Part shown: positions 54,489 to 64,000 of the stretch, one piece after another
How positions within the stretch are numbered: the first letter of the stretch is position 1
How the letters are laid out: each line of letters starts with the position of its first letter
Assembly (NCBI GenBank): GCA_051362555.1
Contig: CM120640.1
Coordinates: 44,618,788 to 44,682,787, forward strand
Direction of reading: 5' to 3'
Length of the DNA stretch: 64,000 nucleotides
From: Lingula anatina
Taxonomy: Eukaryota; Animalia; Brachiopoda
The notes under the pieces: generated by a model
Seen by the model: only the letters and a program-made list of their open reading frames with translations
Database searches by the model: none
Told to the model about the DNA's origin: nothing
Program-made: the position numbers and the translations under genes

Positions 54489-55338
54489 GGCCACACTTTT
54501 TTATTTTTATGGATGACATCCTGCGCGCGCACCGATTTTCGTCCGTTCTCAAAAAAAAAAAAAAAAAAAATCCCCCCCCCCCCCCCCCCCAGGAAGTAGG
54601 TTGTCGCAAACGTCGTTATTGAATTTGCCGGAAAATGCAATCGGCAATCCTCGGCTAATTCCGCAAGCTCCATACTGTCATTGTCGACTGCGGAGACATC
54701 CGAGTAGTTCCGAGTGCGGAAAATGAGCTTTCTGCGCATGCGTATTATCACCACGTGGAAATATGGCCGCTTTGCCGTCAAATTCAACTCTAGCATTAAT
54801 TTCAAAATACACGACAATTAAAGTCATAAAGAGAACGGGGGCCGTCGTTTTGGATTGGTTTGCCATTGATATTGGACATGGAGATATCACCCTTTTACAA
54901 TTATACGAAAGGCTGGCCGCGGCCAGCGATCATCGTCCGGAAAATTTCAGTGACATTCTGTCCAAAGCAGCACATACCAGGTTTTTTTGTAGCGATAAAA
55001 GGGTCGACAAGAGCGTCGTGGTATTTGATGGACTGAAGGTCGGACAGGCCACCCGATAGTTGGCTGCTACGTGTGAATCGAAGTAGACAAAATGGCATCG
55101 ACCGAAATTACCTTTTTTAGATTTGGTAGTAGGAAGCATAGGCCTATCTTTGCTTCATTTTTTAACATTTCTGTGAAGTGTTTACAATGCTTTAATTTTC
55201 TGAGAGTACAAATGAAGACACGCTGTTTATTTGATATTTGTTTTATTGATTGCTATACCAACAGAATGCATGAAATAACCTTAAATAGATTTGGTAATAT
55301 GCAGCATATATATTCATGACTTTTTACCTTTCTACGAA

Positions 55339-58300
55339 CAGGCCTACCCAACTACCAGACTCGGCACCTACGGATCCAGAATAAACCGGTATATCAGACC
55401 ACACTACCCGTTTTCAAGGTGTGTGTCAGATCGCATTACAGAGTATCATACCCCATCACAAATTTTGTAAGCCTACCTGTCATCCGGGTATCGCGCCTCG
55501 TTTTCGTCAAGTAGGAGTCGTATGAATACAACAATTAACATGTAAATCGGCAATCCTCGGCTCATCCCGCTATCAAAATTAAGTCTACTTTTCTAAATGA
55601 ATATATAAGTTTGCAAGTTCTTATTTACAAAACATCATTGGCTATGTTCGAACCTAAATTTTATGTTAAAAATTGCGGTATTGTCAGATTTTTAGCATAA
55701 ACAGGGATAATTGCTGCAGCGCATGAATCTAGATGAGATGCACTACTTCTCAAACCCCGCTTTAGACCACGGTGGAAGTGAAGAACAAAAGATTCAGACG
55801 TGGTGTAACTCGCATAACCACACGTCTTGCATGAATGCGTTATAACCCGCTAATGGACCCGTGGTCTAAATAAGATAGATCCCTCTTCAGCGAGGGTTAT
55901 GTGACATCCACTCGTGCTTCGCACTCGTGTATGCCACATACGGTAAAGTGCCATGAATTTCGAACGGCTCTTGAATTTCGATCGATCTAAAAATCGGCCG
56001 TCTGGAGTTTTTTCTGGACCATGAATTTCGGCCAGTAAGCAATTTTGCGCGATCTTCATTTCGTGAATTTCGTACACCTTAAAATCGGCCACCGGGCTAT
56101 TCTCGCGCTTATAAAGATCTAACAGTCGGCAATGTTGCCCTAGCGTACCTTTACCTGAGTACTACGTGTGCGGCCCAAGGTGCAAGATAACGATCACTAC
56201 AGTTAGTTTAGGACGCTAAACAACATCGTCATATCCATTCATTCAGATAACAGGAGAATCTATTAAGAGTTTCACTGTCGGGCTGTTGTTTCTTTACCGC
56301 AGTATTCGTTGTGAGATAGCGATCGGTAGTTTTGCTGAGGCGCACAATAGCATTGTTAACAGTAGAGACTTCAGTAACAGAACAAAAGAGCAATATTAAG
56401 AGCTGCAATAAAGATTACCATTATTGCTTTCTTGTCTCGCTCAGATTACCATTATTGCTTTCTTGTCTCGCTCAGATTTTTCACGATCTCCCGCTGACGA
56501 TCTTCCACTAATGAAGTCCCTTGAAATGTACAAATGAAATGAAAAATATTTTTAAAAATTATAAATTCCAATGGAGAGGGATGGAGGGTTAAAAACAATC
56601 GAGAACGATCTCCGGCTGACGATCTGCCGCAAACGAAAGCCACTGAACGAGTATGAGCTTTCTCGTTTCACTCGGATTGAGACGCTGAGGATACGAAAAT
56701 TGCGTTCTCGTCTCGCCCTTTGGCTTACGAAGTCTCTTTAACAAATATGAAAATTGCCTCCTGGTCTCTCTCGGATTGCGAACGATCTCTCGCTGAAAAT
56801 TTGAAATTTTCCTTTTTGTCAATCAGCTTTGTCAGTTGCCGTGCGTATGAAGGTCCGGAAGGTGTCCCCTTTCACAAATTGGCCTGTAGTTTGCTTAGTG
56901 TTTTGTACCGCATGAAGGTCACTCTTGTCACTGCTGCATACGGCGTGGAATGTGTATCTTAAAGTTAAAGTTCATAGAAACATTTTATTGTGTTTTGTAA
57001 GCTTTAGGAAGTAGTTTCGTCGTGACTGAATATCAGCGTACACTACAAAGTAGTACCATTCATCTGTGACGCATCATAAAAGCTAGGTACGTCAAATTAC
57101 TCTAAGAAAATTTCTTACAACGTCCACGGCTGTCCCGACAAGCTAAGACGTCATTTAAAAAAAGTCGCAAGCCGTCTAGCCGTCTTTGAAAATATGACGG
57201 CTGGACGGTTCGCTGGGAAAAGCCTTGCTCATAAGGGTATATTTATTTAACTAGGGGCTTACTGACATCACCCAGCTTACATGCGGGTGCATGCCTCCCA
57301 AAATTATATTAAAGGATAAAATTGTAATATATCTAAGTTTAATTGTTTGTAAATTTTGTAAAAATTGCCCATGCCACCCCGTTAGTTTGGAGGGTTAAGC
57401 TGGATCAAGTCCGTGTCAAAATTCTTTGAAACTTTGCAGGAAAAATCAATCTTCCTTTGTTTCTCTGGCTCCTTGTTTAGCCCAATGATCAGATTTATCT
57501 AGTGCCCCCAGGTCTGCTGGAGCAGCTCTTTGAAATAACACACAGGTAGATTTTTATCTGAGATAAATATTGCGTTCGATACACTCAAGACAAAAGCTAC
57601 CTGTGAGCTGAAGGGCACTTTACCCTCTAATTAAGAGGTAAAGCAAGTTCCAGCTAGATGGACGATTAAGATCGGACTTCAGATGGTAACTAGTATTGTT
57701 TACCTCAGTTCTGTGAAAGCAAACGAGAAGGGTGTCAGAACAATGGTGCATAATTATATAAATTATACAGAGAATTTGTACATTCAGGTGACATTAACTT
57801 ATAATCGAAGGGGATTTTCGATAATATTCCTTGAAAAGTACACTAGATTTAAAGAGAATAATATCATGGTTGGCCAAAAAATTATATAGGCACAGTGTAT
57901 CCGTGCGTATGCCTGGTTACGCCCCTGTCGCAAACCAGCAAACCATATCCTGCGGACTACATGAAAATTGCCTTCTACATGTAGCATGGACAAAAAGTCC
58001 AAGCTTCTATGCTTGCTCGGATCGCTGACGATCTCTTGCTGACGAATAAAGTAACGAAGTCCCTTGAACTAGTGTGGAAATTGGCTTATTGTCGCGCTCA
58101 GATCGCTCACTATCTCCTATTGACGATCTTCCAGTCCCTTCAACGAATATAAAAACTGCCTTTTCGGTTTACTCTAGATTACCTATCTCTCGCGTTTGTT
58201 TGAAGATGGTTTCAATGACAAAACGTACACGCTTTTCAAATGCGTACATTGACGCAACTATGCGCCAGGAAATCAGTTGCTGCTGCTGGTTAAGATTGGG

Positions 58301-59417
58301 TTGCCTGAGCGAAAACAAAATAAATAAAAATAAAACGGCCCTGCACCCCCCCCCCCCCAAACCTAGTATATTTGATCGCAGACAACAATCAGCGGTCATC
58401 TTGGTCGCAGCGCACGACGGAGAGAGACCGTAATACACAGTTCGGCTGCCGTGGCGAAGGCTACCTGTGCGCCGCACATACCGATCTGCGGTCGTAGTGG
58501 CCTCCCCGCACGGAGGAGAGGCCGTAGTGCCGAGGCCGGCTTCTGCAGGGAAGGCTACGTATGCGTCGGAGACACCGACCCGCGAACGGCGAGATGAGGA
58601 CGCATTCGCGCGTAAAGCTCCGCCCGACTTTAACGGTTAAGGCAACGAACCTGGTCGCGGAAGACACTTATCGCAGATGAAGGCTACCTGCACGTGCGCC
58701 ATAGACACTGATCGGCTGTCGTCTCAGTTTCAGTGCACGGAAAGAAGCAACGGTAACACTAAGATTCCATAGTAAAGGTTATCTGGCCGTGGCAGACGCT
58801 AATCGTCGGCCGTCTCTCCCTCCGTCCACTCCCGTTCTGAGCGCCAGGATCGTTTTTGAAAAACGACACTAGTTTCTGGCTGCCAGAATCGCTTTTGAAA
58901 AACGAACCTACTTTTGCGGCCCTAAACAACAGCACCGCTCTATCTATGGGCCATACACAGTGATCGGGTGAAAGTACGTGTATGCCTTTGGTCGCAATTA
59001 CCGACACTAACACAATCATACATTATGGTAACTCTAAATAGATCGTCGGGAGAAGATAACAGAAGGCCTAGCGACGAACAGACAACTTCCGGTCAAAATT
59101 GACAGAATTCCATGAAATTCGAACTTTCGGAAGTTCTGAGCACCTCCATTTCATGAATTTCGGCCAGAACGATCTTTTCCCAAATTTAATTATTTTCTAC
59201 TGTTCGAAATTCATGGCACATTACCGTAATCCTCGCTGACTCGGGGTCTATCTATTACTACGATCATCGCTATCACATCGCGCACCAGGGAAAATTGGTG
59301 TGGTGGCTGATACTCTGTAATGCGATCTGACACACACCTTGAAAACGGGTAGTGTGGTCTGATATACCGGTTTATTCTGGATCCGTAGGTGCCGAGTCTG
59401 GTAGTTGGTTAGGCCTG
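55339..59417. mobile_element. DNA transposon with 110-bp TIRs, CAGG ends and 5-bp TSD (middle layer)
   Basis: 55339-55448 is the reverse complement of 59308-59417 (1 mismatch seen); ACGAA on both sides. Confidence 0.88.
55941..59226. mobile_element. Tc1/mariner (pogo-like) non-autonomous element (inner layer)
   Basis: 25-bp TIR CGGTAA(A/T)GTGCCATGAATTTCGAAC; TA on both sides; subterminal TGAATTTCG repeats at both ends; no long ORF. Confidence 0.85.
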
Positions 59418-59541
59418 ACGAAGTAGGCCCTATTCACAATGCTTTAATATTTTGAGAGCATGGATAAAGACATGTTAGTTTGATACGTGTTTCTGTGGTA
59501 AATTAGTGTTTCCAGCTGTGTACTGAAAACAACTTTTCTTA

Positions 59542-59572
<31 letters not shown>

Positions 59573-60076
59573 TGACTTTTTTTTTTCGCCCGCTCGCACC
59601 GATTTTGGGGTCCCCAGAGGATGTCATCCATAAAAATGAAAAAGTGTGGCCTAATGTTTAACAGCATAATGACCATCAATTTTTAATCATAAAATATTAG
59701 TATCATGGATATTCAGAAAATGTGATTAGCAAAGGTCTGCAGGCTCATGAAACTTCAAAGTCACATCTTAAAAATGCCAAAATGTAAACAAGACAGCACT
59801 GTTCTGAAATGGGTTTATTTCCATTTTTAACATTTTTTAATTTAACATAAAACAAAATAAACAGTTTGTTGCCATTTTTATATGACCAACTAAGAAAATT
59901 GATGAGATGGGAAAAATATCAATAGAACAGTGTTTAATGTCCAATTTCCTCCATTCTGAGATTCTGAACATAGTGGATGATTGAATCTGACAAACTGCAA
60001 TGATGAGTTTATTACCATTTTTGACACTTTATTACACAATACACGATAACAAGTTTACCATCATTTTTACACAATC

Positions 60077-62531
60077 AACTAGAGGATCAGAGAGGCGATA
60101 CCGCCTCCGAATATTGTACCACCAGCTGGAGAAAGCGCATTCGTATGGAAACCCTCCCCCCCTCCAAAAAAAAAAAAAAAAAGGGACACCAGTCTTGTGC
60201 TTGACAAGCTCAATAAAATTAAATCAACAAGAGTTCTCAAAATATGCGAAAAAATATAACTAAAAATGGTACAATCAAGCAGATTTTCAAATTGACTTGC
60301 ATTTTCCTACCATTGATCACTCATGTGATTCTCTAGACAAAAGGCCTATTGGTTTTCCTTGAAATGTGTTGTCAGTGGTGCATATATGCTGACAAAAGAG
60401 AAAACCTAGGGGCAACACCAGGAACATCTCTGCTAGCTTTGAAGATATGAGGGGCAATTTCAATATCATTGTATATGAATTTCTATTCAAGTTCAATAGT
60501 AACCATGGGCATTTCTTTGCCAATTTTGCAGATTTAAAGGCCAGAAAAAATTCAAAAACCAGTTCATCATAAAAAGTATGTCAAAGGTCAATTTCAAGGT
60601 CACAGTAAAATTACCAGTATAAAACTTCCTATTCAACTTCAATAGTAACTATGGACCTATCTCTGCCAGTTACGGAGATAAAAGGGAACGGAAATTTGCA
60701 AAGTTCAGTTAATGGTGAAAAGTAGGTCAAAGGTCAATTTTAAGGTCACAGTAAATTGCCTCTAATGACTTTCTATTCAAATTCAATAATAACCATGGGC
60801 ATATCTTTGCCAGTTTTGAAAGTATAAGCATTAAAAAAGTTGCAAAGTTCAGTTTATGGTGTAAAGTAGGTCAAAGGTCAACTTCAAGGTCACAGTAAGA
60901 TTACCAGTATAAGACTTCCTATTCAACTTCAATAGTAACTATGGGACTATCTCTGCCAGGTTTGGCGTTAAAAGGAAAAAGAAATTAGCAAAGTTCAGTT
61001 CATGATAAAAAGTAGGTCAAAGGTCAATTTCAAGGTCACGCTTAGATTGCCAGTGTATGACTTCCTATTCAAGTTCAATAGTAACTATGGATCTATCTCT
61101 GCCAGTTTTGGAGATAAAAGGGAATGAAAATTTGCAAAGTTCATGGTGAAAAGTAGGTCAAAGGTCAATTTTAAGGTCGTAGTAAATTGCCTCTTATGGC
61201 CTTCTATTCAAATTCAATAGTAACTATGGGCATATCTTTGCCAGTTTTGGAGATGAAAGAGAACCAAAATTTGCAAAGTTCAATTCATGATGGAAAGTAG
61301 GTCAAAGGTCAATTTCAAGTAACTTTCAAGTAACTATGGACCTATCTCTGCCAGTTACGGAGATAAAAGGGACTTAAACGTTGCAAAGTTCAGTTCATAG
61401 TGAAAAGTAGGTCAAAGGTCAATTTCAAGGTCACAGTTTGATTGCCAGTATGTGACTTTCTATTCAACTTTAAAATGTAACTATGGACCTATCTCTGCCA
61501 GTTTTGGAGATATAAGGGACTAAATGTTCCAGTTTTGGAGTTACAATAATGTGCCATAAATTTTCTACAGAAAAAATAAATTAAAATAAAGATAAGGTCA
61601 TTTTGGTTGAAATTCTTGAAATGGGAGGTGCTCAGAAGTTCCAGATGTTCAAATTTCAAGAAATAATGTCATTTTTGACCAGAAGTTGTCTGCCTCGCCA
61701 AGCCTTATGTTTTATTTTCCCGGAGTTCAAAATTTGTTATCCATTACCGTATTGCACATTTTTCTTTCACCACCACAATGTACTTTTTGATACAGCATAA
61801 CTCGAAAACCGTATGGAATACAAAAAAACGGAGACCACCTCCAGTGTTGGGCTTTACATGCTCTATAAAATGCAAAAAAGAATGGGTCTCTAGTATTAAC
61901 GGTTCCCGAATTAGAGACAGTTTTCAGTTTCGTTATATTATGGCCGCTACTCCCAGGAAAATGCACCGGTTGACCCCAAATTCACAGAGATGAAAGATGA
62001 CCCGAAGGGTAGCACCTTCCAATAATATTATAGGTTAGGTCTGTGTAGTTTCTGAATATCAGCGCAAATAATTTTTTTTTCGAAAAAAATTTCGTTTTTT
62101 TGAAAATTTTGGCTCGTTTGACCTTGAAATAAAGGTCAAAGGTCAAATCCAAGGGCATATTTGAAATCTCCACATATGACTTTCGGATAGCCGTCTGTAG
62201 AAATTTTTCCCATAATTCCTTCCGTAGGGTAGATAATTAGCATTTAATTTTGCCATTTTTGGACAAGGGTGCATTGCAATGAGTGCCACACCTAGACCCC
62301 AATTCTGACAAAGCCCAAATTGTACGTGGAACGAGTTGAGATTATAGGTGGCCTAAATCCAAGAGATGGGTATGGAGGCCCTTACCGTCTAGGAGGAGAA
62401 GCGGTAACGGTGAGATGGCGGCGGAGCCAGAGGAGCCGGCGGAGCCGCAGGAGCCGGCGGAGCCGGCGGAACATGCGGGTCGGGACTAAAACCATGTGTA
62501 CCGCCAGCGCCTACGCTGGTGGTACAATTAA
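60077..62531 (-). mobile_element. Helentron-associated non-autonomous element (HINE/DINE-1-type), complete copy with internal satellite
   Basis: Subterminal inverted repeats ATTGTACCACCAGC (60114-60127) / GCTGGTGGTACAAT (~62515-62528), extra inverted copy at 62497-62509, stem-loop GAGGCG-ATAC-CGCCTC (60092-60107), minus-strand end CTAGTT; internal ~146-bp array ~60400-61520; 9-bp CGGCGGAGC repeats 62415-62470. Confidence 0.8.
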
Positions 62532-62613
62532 CAATGTTGTAAAGATGCAGGAAATATCAAACAAACACTTTTACGTATCTTATTAGTTAAATAATGAGAC
62601 TGTTAACATGCCT

Positions 62614-64000
62614 AACTAGAGGATCAGAGAGGCGATACCGCCTCCGAATATTGTACCACCAGCTGGAGCAAGCGCATTCGTATAGACCCCCACATATACA
62701 AAATAAGGAACACAGCCACCAGTCTTGTGCTTGACAAGCTGTAAAAATGCAATCAACAAGAATTTTCAAAATATGCAAAAAATATATATATAACTAAAAA
62801 TGGTACAATCAAAGTTCATCGTAAGGTAGGTCAAAGGTCAATTCCAAGGTCACAGTAAATTGCCAGTATATGACTTCCTATTCAACTTCAATAGTAACTA
62901 TGGGCCTATCTCTGCCAGGTTTGGAGTTAAAAGAGAAAGAAATTAGCAGAGTTCAGTTCATGGTGAAAAGTAGGTCAAAGGTCAATTTTAAGGTCACATG
63001 TAGATTGCCAGTATATGACTTCCTATTCAAGTTCAATAGAAACTATGGACCTATCTCTGCCAGTTTTGGAGATAAAAGGAAAGCAAAATTTGCAAAGTTC
63101 AGTTCATGGTGAAAAGTAGGTCAAAGGTCAATTTTAAGGTCACATGTAGATTGCCAGTATATGACTTCCTATTCAAGTTCAATAGAGACTATGGACCTAT
63201 CTCTGCCAGTTTTGGAGATAAAAGGGAAGCAAAATTTGCAAAGTTCAGTTCATGGTAAAAAGTAGGTCAAAGGTCAATTTTAAGGTCACATTTAGATTGC
63301 CAGTATATGACTTCCTATTCAACTTCAATAGTAACTATGGACCTATCTCTGCCAGTTTTGGAGATAAAAGGGAATCAAAATTTGCAAAGTTCAGTTCATG
63401 GTGAAAAGTAGGTCAAAGGTCAATTTTAAGGTCACATTTAGATTGCCAGTATATGACTTCCTATTCAACTTCAATAGTAACTATGGACCTATCTCTGCCA
63501 GTTTTGGAGATATAAGGGACTAAATGTTATAATTTTGGAGTTACCATAATGTGCCATAAATTTCCTACAGAAAAAATTAATTAAAATAAAGAAAAGGTCA
63601 TTTTGGTCAAAATTCTTGAAATGGGAGGTGCTCTGAAGTTCCAGATGTTCAAATTTGATGAAATAATGTCATTTTTGACCACAAGTTGTCTGCTTTTCCA
63701 AGCCTTATGTTTTATTTTTCCGGAGTTCAAAATTTATTATCCATTACCGTACTGCACATTTTGCTTTCACCACCAATATGTACTTTTTGATACAGCGTAA
63801 CTTTGGAGATAAAAGGGAAGCAAAATTTGCAAAGTTCAGTTCTTGGTGAAAAGTAGGTCAAAGGTCAATTTTAAGGTCACATTTAGATTGCCAGTATATG
63901 ACTTCCTATTCAACTTCAATAGTAACTATGGACCTATCTCTGCCAGTTTTGGAGATATAAGGGACTAAATGTTATAATTTTGGAGTTACCATAATGTGCC
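62614..64000 (-). mobile_element. Second copy of the same HINE with 146-bp satellite, truncated by the window edge
   Basis: Identical end AACTAGAGGATCAGAGAGGCGATACCGCCTCCGAATATTGTACCACCAGC; DR1 motif at 62972, 63118, 63264, 63410 (146-bp period); 63510-63800 matches 61510-61800. Confidence 0.8.

Larger units (their letters stand above)
54489..59651. mobile_element. Non-autonomous PIF/Harbinger-like element (outer layer of nested insertion)
   Basis: 34-bp TIR GGCCACACTTTTT(T/C)ATTTTTATGGATGACATCCT, 1 mismatch; TAA TSD confirmed against the uninterrupted neighbouring repeat unit (ACATAATGTTTAAC). Confidence 0.9.

Noticed and set aside
55941-59226. Transposase gene inside the nested elements
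   Set aside because: Only short ORFs (under 120 aa) with no DDE, HTH or zinc-finger motif that I can recognise.
60000-63800. Short ORFs in the Helentron copies
   Set aside because: Derived from satellite or unique non-coding sequence; no Rep or helicase motifs.

Overview
AT-rich, intron-rich animal (probably marine invertebrate) genomic DNA, not prokaryotic. Genes, spliced by hand: exon 1 of GLDC (minus strand, runs off the left edge) head-to-head with a complete 14-exon HDAC3 (433 aa); a 2-coding-exon gene for a ~669-aa disordered protein I cannot name, carrying several co-repressor-type short motifs; and a ~40-exon CSPP1 orthologue on the minus strand (25243-50761). CSPP1 has four tandem paralogous cassette exons, a 12-nt microexon and a 3'UTR minisatellite. 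Many non-autonomous DNA transposons are present with TIRs and TSDs readable by eye (Harbinger-like, hAT, MULE-like, Tc1/mariner-like, and a CAGG-ended group with 5-bp TSDs), including a three-layer nested insertion in a 337-bp tandem array. Two Helentron-type elements at the right end carry a 146-bp satellite with an AAAGTAGGTCAAAGGTCA (nuclear-receptor DR1) motif. All splice models and family calls come from reading the sequence and from memory of homologues; no searches were run.
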